From Promethearchaeota archaeon (GTDB lineage Archaea; Asgardarchaeota; Lokiarchaeia; Sigyniarchaeales; SOKP01), in contig JBHLLU010000048.1 in NCBI GenBank assembly GCA_048938895.1, positions 1-31,360 of the forward strand: 31,360 nucleotides of DNA. The letters are read 5' to 3'. Shown piece after piece: positions 1-9,490 of this stretch. Each line of letters begins with the position of its first letter. The first letter of the stretch is position 1. Below the pieces are notes generated by a model. It saw only the letters and a list, made by a program, of their open reading frames with translations. It made no database searches and was not told the DNA's origin. The translations under genes and the position numbers were made by a program.

Positions 1-752
1 TCTAATACTCGATTATAATTTATCATAAACTTTACATTCTCTTTTATAAGTTCCATACGTTCCTTCCGAGCTAAGTCCTTCCTGAATAAAAGATCAGTTT
101 CAATAAGATCGATTCTACAATAGAAATCTTTAGGAGAATAAATAAAATCAGTAATCTTTACTCCTAAAATCCCAAAAACAGCAGCAAAGAATTTACAGTT
201 TTCAAAGTGTAAATTCCTCTGTTTACCAGTAGATTCCAAGGTTGCAGTTGCTATATTTTGCTTTTTATGAGGAAAAATTTCAAGTCTTAGTTCTTTAGAG
301 ATAGGGGAAGGATTTACTCGGCTTCTAATTCTTTCAAATAATGTCTGTAAATCCTCATAGTTTTTTTCTCTAAAGTTTTTTTTAAGAAAATTCAAGTAAG
401 ATATTAAGAATCTGGTAAAATAATTAAAGCTAAGCGAGGAATATCTATTATTTTCCGAAACCATTTCATATAGAGGAACAGTAGCCCTAAATGAGAAAGA
501 TTCAAAGAAATCTTTTACTTCTTTATCTTCCACTCTCTCAAAGTCGTCTAGAGTTTTACCTTTGCTAAATAATTCCATAATATTTTCTAATACATTGTTA
601 TAGAAAGCAGAAATGCTCTTAAATCTCCCATCTTTAGGATGTTTCTTATTATTTACATTTACATATCGTGTAATCCATTCTTTTAGAGAAGGAGATATGG
701 ATATTGTTTGTTGGGTGGTTTTCTTGTTGGAAAGGTATTTTCTTGATGTCAT
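1..752 (-). CDS. Hypothetical protein, paralog of 1108..2196 (3' end runs off the window); possible N-terminal ribbon-helix-helix
   Basis: Not in the ORF track. Manual translation from ATG at 752 gives MTSRKYLSNKKTTQQTISISPSLKEWITRYVN...KSISAFYNNVLE...GKTLDDFE, collinear with the neighbouring 362-aa protein. Confidence 0.85.
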   Translation of the reverse strand, partial: MTSRKYLSNKKTTQQTISISPSLKEWITRYVNVNNKKHPKDGRFKSISAFYNNVLENIMELFSKGKTLDDFERVEDKEVKDFFESFSFRATVPLYEMVSENNRYSSLSFNYFTRFLISYLNFLKKNFREKNYEDLQTLFERIRSRVNPSPISKELRLEIFPHKKQNIATATLESTGKQRNLHFENCKFFAAVFGILGVKITDFIYSPKDFYCRIDLIETDLLFRKDLARKERMELIKENVKFMINYNRVL

Positions 753-1107
753 AATCTTTGACTAGTTGTTAGATTTTAGGATTTTTTAATAGATGAATAC
801 TTTAAATATGTAAGTCAATACGAGTTTATATATAAACTATATGAATTTTTCTCTTTTTTTAAGATACATTTTTCCTAAATAATTGAGCATTATTTATCTA
901 ATTATTGGTAATTCATTTTAGGATTATTAGACATCAAAATTATTGAAAAAAAAAGCTAATATATACCTTTATAAAGTATTATTTTAAATTTTATTTAGGC
1001 TATCTAAAGCCAAAAAAATCAAGGGGATTGATAGGAGACAGAAGGGAGAGAATAAAGAATATAATAGGGTTAGGAAGGTGAAATCCTTTTTTTATATTAA
1101 TACAACA

Positions 1108-2196
1108 TTATTTAGCAGTTAAATAATAAATTCCATTATCTTTAATAACTTCTGATTTTTCAGATAAAATCTTCATTAAAAATTGTATTTCATGCTGATT
1201 CTTAGTCTCAGTTAATCTTAGGTGAAATATTAATTCATTTTCACTTTCAATATCAATCCAATGTAATTTTTCAAATAGTTTTAACATAAGGAGAGGAAAT
1301 TCATCCTTTTCACTAAACTCCATAACTCCTTTTCTTATTAGATTAACATATTCATCCCTGGTTCCAGGATTATTGAAATCGATAAAGATATTTTTGTCAT
1401 CAGCAAGTTTCATCCATAGAAAGTAATCATCATCGTCTTGAATTATTTGTTTATAATTAATTAACTGAGAAACATTATTGTTTATGAGTTTAATTCTCTC
1501 TGTTCTAAGTAGTTCTTTTCTATAAAATAATTCTGTAGCTTCAAGATCGAACCTACAATAATTATCTTTTTCTGAATATAAGCAATTTGTGATCTTTACT
1601 CCCAATAAGCCAAATATTGCAGCAGTATATTTACAATTTTCAAAACTCAGGTTTTGATAAAAACCACTAAATTCGAAGATTCCTGTTAGATCAGTTTCGC
1701 TTTTACCAGTAAAAAGATCTAAATGTGCATCTTTAGTTAAATTATTTCCTAACATAAAATTTTTTAATCTACTGAATAAATTATTGATACTATCAATATC
1801 ATGAGGATCCATTATTGAGAAGTAGAGTCTTCTAATGGTCAAAAAAAATAATGGCAACTTATCAAATGTTGGATCTGTGTATCTATTAGTTTTAAGTGCG
1901 GCTTCATAATATGGGATTATTGCTTTAAAGGTAATTTTATCAAAAAAATCATTAATTTCACTGTCTATAAACAATTCAAAATCATCTAAAGTTTTACCTT
2001 TGTCAAAACAATCCATTGTTTTTTCTAAAACATAATTATAGAAAGACGATACACTTTTCAATCGAATATCTTTTGGACTTTTTTTATTATTGTCATTTAT
2101 ATATTGTTCTATTCGAGCTTTAAGGGCAGGGGATATTGATATTGTTTGTTGAGTGGTTTTCCTTTTTGATAGTTCTCTCTCTGGGACCATAAACAT
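1108..2196 (-). CDS. Hypothetical protein; putative RHH-like N-terminus plus possible V4R-like domain
   Basis: 362-aa ORF. TTQQTISISPALKARIEQY has the strand-helix pattern of RHH proteins. ENCKYTAAIFGLLGVKI...YCRFDL loosely resembles V4R/Bet3-fold C-termini. Domain calls are inference. Confidence 0.6.
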   Translation of the reverse strand: MFMVPERELSKRKTTQQTISISPALKARIEQYINDNNKKSPKDIRLKSVSSFYNYVLEKTMDCFDKGKTLDDFELFIDSEINDFFDKITFKAIIPYYEAALKTNRYTDPTFDKLPLFFLTIRRLYFSIMDPHDIDSINNLFSRLKNFMLGNNLTKDAHLDLFTGKSETDLTGIFEFSGFYQNLSFENCKYTAAIFGLLGVKITNCLYSEKDNYCRFDLEATELFYRKELLRTERIKLINNNVSQLINYKQIIQDDDDYFLWMKLADDKNIFIDFNNPGTRDEYVNLIRKGVMEFSEKDEFPLLMLKLFEKLHWIDIESENELIFHLRLTETKNQHEIQFLMKILSEKSEVIKDNGIYYLTAK

Positions 2197-2298
2197 ATAC
2201 CTATATTTATAATATATTTTATATATCCTATACTATCTTGTATATAAAAATATTAAAAAATAAATATTTATTTTTAGAAAAAGTTTATTGTATTAGAG

Positions 2299-3930
2299 TT
2301 AAAGAGTTTTGGATACATAAACGCCGTCTAATTGGTAACCCATATCATAGAACCAGTCTCTTACTCCAATTCCACTTATGACAACTAATTTTTTTGCATC
2401 ATATTCTTCTCTTGAGATCTTTTCAGCATTTTCCATTAATAACTTTCCAAATCCTCTATGCTGAATTTGAATATATCGCTTAGGTTTCATATCCTTCGGA
2501 ACTAATTCCCCTACAACCTTTATTTCTCTAACTATCATTGTTTTTCCATTATTTATTTCTGGTCTGTGAGCAAGTTCAGAGGGCTTTCTTAACCTTAAAT
2601 ATCCAATTAAGTAATTTTCTTGTTGATTTTCGAAAGATAAGAATATCTCATGACCTTTCGAAGCTTCATAATTCTCCCGATATAGTTTTACATCATCAAG
2701 AGATTTCTGGTTTATGATTTCTTTTCTTTTATTTATACCAAACTCCCTACATCTTATACAATTACAGCGCATATCCGTTTCTCTTAATCTTTCTTGAACT
2801 AATTGTCTTAAATTGCTATTCTTACATCCGGCTTCAATCAAATTCGCGGGGATATCCCTCATCACCCTCTGAATTCGAACATAAGAAGGCAGACGAGATT
2901 TGACTTTGGCGAGAAGATCTATTAATTCTTTATCTGAATATGGTGAATACTTTCCACTTTTCCACCAATTATACAATTCAGTTCCATTTATTACCAGAGT
3001 AGGGTAGATTTTTAACATATCTGGTCGATAGTCGGAATTAGAAAATAATTCATCAAATAATTTAATATCTCGAGAATAATTAGATCCTGGGAGGTTTGGC
3101 ATTATATGGGCATTTATTTTTAATCCTGCATCCTTTGCTATTCTTATTGCTTCAATACTGTCAGTACAGGAATGACCTCTTCTAACTAGATTATATATGT
3201 CATTATAAATAGTCTGAATCCCTAATTCAACCCTTGTTGTTCCATAATGAAGCATTCGGTCCACATCCAGTTCTTTACAATAATCAGGCCGTGTTTCAAT
3301 TGTTATTCCTACGATACTTTTTTTAGAAGTTTCAGCAAGTACTTTCGCTTTTTCTAAAGAATCTACTTGTTTTCCAATAACTCCCTCATAAGCGCCCTTG
3401 ATGAAATTCTCTTGATATTTAGGGTCAGTTGATAAAAAAGTACCCCCCATAATGATCAATTCGATTTTATCCAAAGGATTATGACCTATTGCTTCTAAAT
3501 CTTTAATTCTACTTTGAACTTGAAGATAAGGATCATAATTGTTATGGATAGATCTCATCGCTGCTGGTTCTCTTCCTGTATAGGATTGTGCTACTTTTTC
3601 ATTTGGTTGTGATTCCGCACCTGGACAGTAAATGCATGTTCCAGGACAAGGAAGCGGTTCAGTCATAATAGCTATGACAGATACTCCAGATAATGTCCTG
3701 GTTTTTCTTCTCTTAAGAATCTGAGTAATAATTTCCTTTTCTTTTTCTGTAGCAAACTCTAATATAGTGGCATTTTTAATTACATTAGAGTGTTTGAATT
3801 TTTTTCCAATCTGTGCTTTTAAACGAGTGATTTTTCCACGAGAAGTTTCTGGATTCTTGAGCAAGTAGTCAATTACTTCCCTTGCGATCTTTCTATTAAT
3901 TAGTTGGTTAGCTTTTTCGAGATGATTCAT
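2299..3930 (-). CDS. elp3: tRNA uridine(34) acetyltransferase Elp3 (radical SAM + GNAT)
   Basis: RTLSGVSVIAIMT, CPGTCIYCPG, QSYTGREPA, MGGTF, ETRPD, KIYPTLV, RVMRDIP and QHRGFGKLLM motifs. Confidence 0.96.
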   Translation of the reverse strand: MNHLEKANQLINRKIAREVIDYLLKNPETSRGKITRLKAQIGKKFKHSNVIKNATILEFATEKEKEIITQILKRRKTRTLSGVSVIAIMTEPLPCPGTCIYCPGAESQPNEKVAQSYTGREPAAMRSIHNNYDPYLQVQSRIKDLEAIGHNPLDKIELIIMGGTFLSTDPKYQENFIKGAYEGVIGKQVDSLEKAKVLAETSKKSIVGITIETRPDYCKELDVDRMLHYGTTRVELGIQTIYNDIYNLVRRGHSCTDSIEAIRIAKDAGLKINAHIMPNLPGSNYSRDIKLFDELFSNSDYRPDMLKIYPTLVINGTELYNWWKSGKYSPYSDKELIDLLAKVKSRLPSYVRIQRVMRDIPANLIEAGCKNSNLRQLVQERLRETDMRCNCIRCREFGINKRKEIINQKSLDDVKLYRENYEASKGHEIFLSFENQQENYLIGYLRLRKPSELAHRPEINNGKTMIVREIKVVGELVPKDMKPKRYIQIQHRGFGKLLMENAEKISREEYDAKKLVVISGIGVRDWFYDMGYQLDGVYVSKTL

Positions 3931-3964
3931 TTTATAGAAATCATAGATCCATTTGGTAGTATTT

Positions 3965-4007
3965 AGTATAACTCAGTTTAATGTAAATTCATCATCTAAG
4001 TTATACT
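3965..4007. repeat. Inverted repeat/hairpin between the divergent elp3 and hotdog-fold genes
   Basis: AGTATAACT (3965-3973) and AGTTATACT (3999-4007) are exact reverse complements. The minus-strand RNA extends this to a 12-bp stem with one G-U pair. Confidence 0.7.
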
Positions 4008-4127
4008 TTAGGATTAAACTTAATCACAGATTACTTTTTTATAATTCATCCTAAAAATTTAGATCAAAAGATTTAATAGAATAGATATAATTTTCTAATA
4101 ACAGCTACAAATTATAAGGTCTTATGA

Positions 4128-5006
4128 GTGACTGATATTTCAATTAAAGATGGATTTATATACGGGGGCTGGAGAGCCCCAGAAAATCTCTGGAGGAATA
4201 TGAAGACATCAATTCATGATGATGCTACAGCAAAAAAAGTAGGAATGCGAGGTGGCACAATTCCTGGAACAATACATTTGAGTTTATTCGCTCCTTTAAT
4301 GCTCGAAATTTTTGGGGACCGTTGGTTTGAGAAAGGGTCATTAAGCATGTATTATACTTTTGCTACCACAGATAAAGAAGAAGTAAGAGCTGTTGTTAAG
4401 ATGCCTCCTGAAGATGCTAATGATGTTCAAGTGGAAGCCCATGTTGAGATGCCAAATGGTAAGGTCATTGCTAAAGGTACAGTGGCGGTTGGTGAACCTA
4501 AGGAATTACCCTATTTACAAGCCTTAGAACTTAAAAGTAGTAATCCAGAGGATCTGCGTATTTTGGAGGGAATGAAAGTGGGAGATGATTTTATTTCACG
4601 AAAAATCTTAATCAATCAAGAAGACGCTGATAAAGGATTAAAAGTTATTACCGATCACCTCGATTATTATAAGGGAAAATCACCATGGGGAAACTCTATT
4701 CTATCACCGACAGCAATATTTGGTACTATGTCTCTAAATTCAAAAATTTTAGATAACGCCAGAGAAAGAGCCGTACCATTTTATGGTGCTACTGAAATTC
4801 GAAATATTGATGGTCCAGTGATGGTGGATATTCCTTATGAAACATCTGGGAAAGTTGCATGTGTTGGCGTTAGCCGTAAAACGGAATATTACTGGATCGA
4901 TGCCATTTTAAAAGAAAAAGCAAGCGGAAAGCTAGTTGCCTCCATGCGTCACATGACTCGTTACATGAAAGCTGGGTCCCCTCTATATGCTGAAATCACC
5001 CAGTAA
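4128..5006 (+). CDS. MaoC-like double hotdog-fold protein (putative dehydratase)
   Basis: SIHDDATAKKVGMRGGTIPG matches the hydratase-2 motif (IH-D-x3-A-x3-G-x-x-G-x-I-x-G); length fits two hotdog domains. Confidence 0.65.
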   Translation: MTDISIKDGFIYGGWRAPENLWRNMKTSIHDDATAKKVGMRGGTIPGTIHLSLFAPLMLEIFGDRWFEKGSLSMYYTFATTDKEEVRAVVKMPPEDANDVQVEAHVEMPNGKVIAKGTVAVGEPKELPYLQALELKSSNPEDLRILEGMKVGDDFISRKILINQEDADKGLKVITDHLDYYKGKSPWGNSILSPTAIFGTMSLNSKILDNARERAVPFYGATEIRNIDGPVMVDIPYETSGKVACVGVSRKTEYYWIDAILKEKASGKLVASMRHMTRYMKAGSPLYAEITQ

Positions 5007-5036
5007 TGAAGGGATGTACAATTTTTTTTTAATTTT

Positions 5037-5873
5037 TTAAATATTAATTTTTTTGCCAGTAAATTCTCTTTTATATTTCCCAAAATCTTCGATTTTATCT
5101 AACTGTTTAGAGTTAAATATAGGACCATCTTTGCAAACCAATAACCCTAATGGATCTAGGGCACATAATCCGCAGAGTCCACACCCACACCTCATAATTC
5201 TTTCAAGATTTGCATAAAATTTGATATTATGAATTTTACATATTTGAAATAGTTTGTAAAGCATTTTTTCTGGTCCACATGAATATACAACGGTATTCTT
5301 AAATTGTTTTAAAGTAAAATCGGTGATGATTTTTTTAAAAGTATCAGTAGCTACTCCCTCTTCACCATAGCTTCCATCATCTGTACAAACATATAATTCT
5401 GAATCTGAACGAGTATATTCATACAGTTCATCAATAAAGAGTAAATTACTTTCTACTTTTGCTCCTTGTATAATTTTAAAATTTTGACCAGATTTATTGA
5501 ATTCATATGCTAAAAATCTAAGTGGTGCCATCCCAATACCCCCACCAACAAGGAAAATGAGCTTATTCTTATTTGTGGGCATATTAAAGGCGTTTCCTAA
5601 TGGTCCTCGTACTCCTATTAAATCATTTATTTTTAATTTATGTAAAGCTTGAGTACATTCCCCAACATTTTTAACAGTAATAGCCCAATTTCTTGTTTCA
5701 TCACAAGCTGAAATAGACATAGGGATCTCATCTACTCCAGGAACCCATATCATTACAAATTGACCTGGTTTGGGGAGTGATTCTATAGGGCTGTGAAAGA
5801 CAAATGTTTTGACATCTTCACATTCATTAATAATTCTACTTATTTTTACTGTCTGTATAGTATTTTCAGTCAA
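5037..5873 (-). CDS. pyrK: Dihydroorotate dehydrogenase electron transfer subunit
   Basis: PGQFVMIW, GVRGPLGN, GGGIGMAPL, CGPEKM and MRCGCGLCGLC...CKDGP 2Fe-2S motif; overlaps pyrD. Confidence 0.95.
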   Translation of the reverse strand: MTENTIQTVKISRIINECEDVKTFVFHSPIESLPKPGQFVMIWVPGVDEIPMSISACDETRNWAITVKNVGECTQALHKLKINDLIGVRGPLGNAFNMPTNKNKLIFLVGGGIGMAPLRFLAYEFNKSGQNFKIIQGAKVESNLLFIDELYEYTRSDSELYVCTDDGSYGEEGVATDTFKKIITDFTLKQFKNTVVYSCGPEKMLYKLFQICKIHNIKFYANLERIMRCGCGLCGLCALDPLGLLVCKDGPIFNSKQLDKIEDFGKYKREFTGKKINI

Positions 5874-6792
5874 AATCAGGCACCTCCTGATTCTTAAACT
5901 GATGGGCTAATCCTTTGATATCATTTATTGATTTATATCCATTTTCTTTCAGGTAATTTACTACACCTTCATTGATTTTAGTAATTACCTCTGTAGTCTT
6001 ATATAAAGCTGTACCAATTTGAACTGCTGAAGCCCCTGCGAGAAAAAATTCAATAACGTCTTCCCAAGAATCTACCCCGCCACACCCGATTATAGGAATT
6101 TTCAAATCTTTAAATAAGTCATAAACTTTTTTCACAGCTATCGGATGGATTGCTTTTCCAGAAAGCCCCCCACTTCCATGAGCTAAGAATGGGCGTTTTG
6201 ACTTAACATCAATTACCATAGCGGCAAGAGTATTGATTGCTACAACACCATCGGCACCTCCATTTTCAGCAGCTAAAGCAATTTCATTTAGATTTGTTAT
6301 GTTTGGGTTTAATTTTACAAACAAGGGTATTTTAAGTGATTTTTTTAAGAATTTAACAATTTCGAATGTTAATTCCTTATCAACACCAATAGAAGATACT
6401 TCGGCATGAGGGCATGAAATATTAATCTCAATAGCATCAGCACCTGCTTTTTCTGCTTTAGTAGCCACCTCAAGATAACCTTGATTAGTGTCTCCAAAAA
6501 CGCTAACCACCAATGGGAAGTTATAATCCTTAATTTTCTCTATTTCTGAGGTAAATTCATCAATTCCTGGATTGCCTAGACCAACTGCATTTAAGAAGGT
6601 TCCGGGATAAATTTCTATTATTGAGGGATTTCTATATCCTTTTCTTGAGGTTGGACCAATAGATTTGGTTGTAACTGCACCTGCTCCAGCATCAATTACT
6701 CTCTTCATAGAGGAATGGGATACGCCTAAAATCCCAGAAGCTAAAATAAGAGGGGATTTTAATTTTAAACCAGAGAGATTTATTTCAAGCAT
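5866..6792 (-). CDS. pyrD: Dihydroorotate dehydrogenase family 1B catalytic subunit
   Basis: LASG, TTKS, NAVGLGNPG, EINISCPH, VKLNPN, INT, GGLSG, IIGCGGV and GASAVQIGTA motifs. Confidence 0.96.
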   Translation of the reverse strand: MLEINLSGLKLKSPLILASGILGVSHSSMKRVIDAGAGAVTTKSIGPTSRKGYRNPSIIEIYPGTFLNAVGLGNPGIDEFTSEIEKIKDYNFPLVVSVFGDTNQGYLEVATKAEKAGADAIEINISCPHAEVSSIGVDKELTFEIVKFLKKSLKIPLFVKLNPNITNLNEIALAAENGGADGVVAINTLAAMVIDVKSKRPFLAHGSGGLSGKAIHPIAVKKVYDLFKDLKIPIIGCGGVDSWEDVIEFFLAGASAVQIGTALYKTTEVITKINEGVVNYLKENGYKSINDIKGLAHQFKNQEVPDFD

Positions 6793-6869
6793 TTTTTTAA
6801 GAAAATAATGATTATAATTTTATAATAATTATTAATGAAGAAAAAATAACTCTGAATCCACTTGGAAAA

Positions 6870-8075
6870 ATGAGGTCATATATCGCAGATACTTTAGTTG
6901 GAATTTTTGCATTTGATGAAACCGGAAATATTCTGGATTTTATTGATTTTGAAGATGAAGTAGAAAGAATCATCCAATTTTTCGATACTATTCATGATGG
7001 AATTATTTTAACTGTGTATGAAAAGTTCCTGTTAGAATTGAAAAATTCTGGTTTTGATGAATTTATTTTTGATAATAAAGAATTAAAAGACTTAACCTCT
7101 GATTCTCTGGGATATAAAACTATATTTGAGAGTGTTTCAGCAGAACTTAAGAATTTTCGCTTAAACTTAAGAACCCAACTAAAGAAAATTGGTATAAGTA
7201 AAACAAATGACGAAATTCTGGCACAATATAAAAAGATAAATGAAGAATTAACGAGAAAGAAAGTAAGCGTTGCAAGTGGGCACTCAGATAATATTATTAT
7301 CCAAACCATTGGCACATTAGATGTTATTAAGAAAACTATAAGCTTATTATCTAGTCATCTTCGAGAATGGTATGGATTGCATTTCCCTGAACTCACTGAT
7401 AAAGTTATAGATGATAATATTCTTTTAGCAAAATTAATTTCTGCCTTGGGAGTAAGGGAGAAATTTACTTATGACAACCTTAAATCAAGTTTTGATTTAC
7501 CTGAAAATAAAATAAACCTTTTACAACAGTATGCTTCATCCTCAATGGGAGCTAATTTCGATCTGAAAATGGTACAAGAATATGCAGGTCAAATACTTTC
7601 ATTAGATTCATACTGCCAAGATTTAGAAAATTACTTAACAGATCTCATGGAAAAATCAGCTCCGAATATAAATGCTATAATTGGCTCATTAATTGGTGCC
7701 AAACTAATTGCAAAATCAGGGAGTTTGAAAAAATTAGCATTTATGCCCGCATCCAGAATTCAATTATTAGGAGCTGAAAAAGCCCTTTATCGTTTTCTAA
7801 AAACAGGAGAAAACCGACCAAAACATGGGTTAATCTTTCAATGGAATCAAATTAGAGGGAGTAAATACTACCTTAGGGGCAAAATCGCTAGAGTGCTCGC
7901 TGGAAAAATTGGCCTTGCTGCCAAAATAGATTATTTCGGTGGTGATTTCGTTGGAGATGAGATGGCTAAAGAAATAGAAAGGAAAATTAGAGAAATTGAA
8001 GAAAAATATCCAAATCCCCCAAAGAGGACCGAACCTGCAAAAAGAAGAAAAAGTAAAGCAAAAAAGAAAAAATGA
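6870..8075 (+). CDS. nop5: Box C/D sRNP protein Nop5 (Nop56/58)
   Basis: LREWYGLHFPEL, PASRIQLLGAEKALYR, PKHGLIF, RGKIAR and a Lys-rich tail. Confidence 0.96.
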   Translation: MRSYIADTLVGIFAFDETGNILDFIDFEDEVERIIQFFDTIHDGIILTVYEKFLLELKNSGFDEFIFDNKELKDLTSDSLGYKTIFESVSAELKNFRLNLRTQLKKIGISKTNDEILAQYKKINEELTRKKVSVASGHSDNIIIQTIGTLDVIKKTISLLSSHLREWYGLHFPELTDKVIDDNILLAKLISALGVREKFTYDNLKSSFDLPENKINLLQQYASSSMGANFDLKMVQEYAGQILSLDSYCQDLENYLTDLMEKSAPNINAIIGSLIGAKLIAKSGSLKKLAFMPASRIQLLGAEKALYRFLKTGENRPKHGLIFQWNQIRGSKYYLRGKIARVLAGKIGLAAKIDYFGGDFVGDEMAKEIERKIREIEEKYPNPPKRTEPAKRRKSKAKKKK

Positions 8076-8092
8076 AGATTATTGATTGAAAC

Positions 8093-8785
8093 ATGTCCAA
8101 TATAGAAATAAGAAATCATCCAAAGTATTATAATGTTTATATCTCTGGATCGAAAGGAAAATTAAGACTTTTTACTAAAAATCTTGATAAAGGAAATAAA
8201 GTCTATGGAGAAAAGCTGGTAATATCTAAAGGAATCGAATATAGAGAATGGGACCCTTTCAGAAGCAAATTAGCTGCTTTATTGCTGGAAAATCCAGGAA
8301 TGAATTTCTTTTCAGAAGATTTACATTGCCTGTATCTGGGGGCTTCCTCTGGTACTACAATTTCTCATCTTTCTGACATTTTAGATTTGGGGATTATATA
8401 TGGAGTGGAATTCGCAGAAAGAAGTATTAGACAGTTAATACAAAACACATCAAGAAGAAAAAACATCATTCCTATCCTAGAAGATGCTCGCTATCCACAA
8501 AGCTATGCAAGATCAATATTCTCTAGCATCGATCTCATCTATCAAGATATTTCTCAACCCAATCAAGCAGAAATTGCATTAGATAATTGTAATTATTATT
8601 TAAAAAAAGAGGGATTGCTAATATTAGCGATAAAATCTCAGTCTATAGACAGTGTGCAAAAATCAGAGGTTGTGTATGCTAGAGAGAAAAAAGTTCTTGA
8701 AAAAGAAAATTATGAAATTGTTGAAAGTGTAAATATCCACAAATATGCTGCAAATCATATTATCTTAATAGTTAAAAGAAGATAA
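8093..8785 (+). CDS. flpA: Fibrillarin-like rRNA/tRNA 2'-O-methyltransferase
   Basis: VYGEK, YREWDPFRSKLAA, LYLGASSGTTISHLSD, EDARYP, QDISQPNQ; directly follows nop5. Confidence 0.96.
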   Translation: MSNIEIRNHPKYYNVYISGSKGKLRLFTKNLDKGNKVYGEKLVISKGIEYREWDPFRSKLAALLLENPGMNFFSEDLHCLYLGASSGTTISHLSDILDLGIIYGVEFAERSIRQLIQNTSRRKNIIPILEDARYPQSYARSIFSSIDLIYQDISQPNQAEIALDNCNYYLKKEGLLILAIKSQSIDSVQKSEVVYAREKKVLEKENYEIVESVNIHKYAANHIILIVKRR

Positions 8786-8787
8786 AT

Positions 8788-9477
8788 TTAAACAAAGTCC
8801 GTTATTTTCCTGTTATTTAAAATTTCCTCGACGATTTTTTTTACTGTTTCCCATGATTTTCTAGCAAATGGAGGGATTTTTTTGTATTTTTTTATCCAAT
8901 CTCTAAGGAAATCAATAGTTTTTCTATCTGAAGGATACCCAGATCCGAAATCTCCATATTGATTCTTTAAATCCTCAATTAACTCATCTCTTTTGTCTTT
9001 TGCAATAATTGAGGCTGCAGAAACGATAGGAAATAGATCGTCAGCTTTATGTTTTGATACGATTTCTTCTGGAGTATAATCTAACAGATTTTTTATCGAA
9101 TTCCGGAACCTTTCCTCGCTAACGTCAACAGCATCGATATAAATAAAACTAGGTTTTAGTTCTTTAATAATTTCAGCCATCTTTAGTTCCTCTAATCGGT
9201 TCATAGTGACCCTTTTTTCTTCCCTATGATCAATTTCTTCAGGAGGAACTATTACAATTTTGAAGGAATGACATTTTTCGCGGATTAAACCAGATAACTC
9301 TCTCCTTCTCTTAGTATTTAGTTTTTTTGAATCCTTTACACCAATCTTAGCTAAATAGGGCAAATCTTCTTTTTTATAGCAAACCCCACATAAAACAAGA
9401 GGACCAATAACGGGGCCTGTTGGCAGATAATTCGATATGAATTATATTCTACCAGCCTCGTCAATACCGCAAATCAA
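8788..9477 (-). CDS. rnhB: Ribonuclease HII, two exons: complement(join(8788..9418,9449..9477)), 219 aa after removing a 30-nt insert
   Basis: GGAG at 9490-9487, then TTG ATT TGC GGT ATT GAC GAG GCT GGT AGA [30 nt] GGC CCC GTT ATT GGT CCT = MICGIDEAGR|GPVIGP. Downstream: GVKDSKKL, YIDA, HKADDLFPIVSAASIIAK, GSGYPSD and a C-terminal PIP-like NRKITDFV. Confidence 0.93.
9419..9448 (-). other. Putative 30-nt BHB-type intron in rnhB
   Basis: Insert splits the conserved DEAGRGP motif and carries an in-frame TAA. Internal 7-bp hairpin AUAAUUC/GAAUUAU; central helix UGGU/GCCA flanked by bulges AG^A and AC^A. Confidence 0.8.
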
Positions 9478-9490
9478 TATTTAAATCTCC

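Noticed and set aside
3965-4007. SECIS element or canonical C/D guide sRNA
   Set aside because: It lies 5' of genes with no in-frame TGA, lacks proper SECIS helix geometry, and has only 12 nt between the C and D words.
8788-9363. ORF-track 191-aa rnhB starting at TTG 9363, or a pseudogene call
   Set aside because: It lacks the catalytic DEAGRGP. The missing N-terminus is present upstream with an SD and is recovered by removing one structured 30-nt insert.
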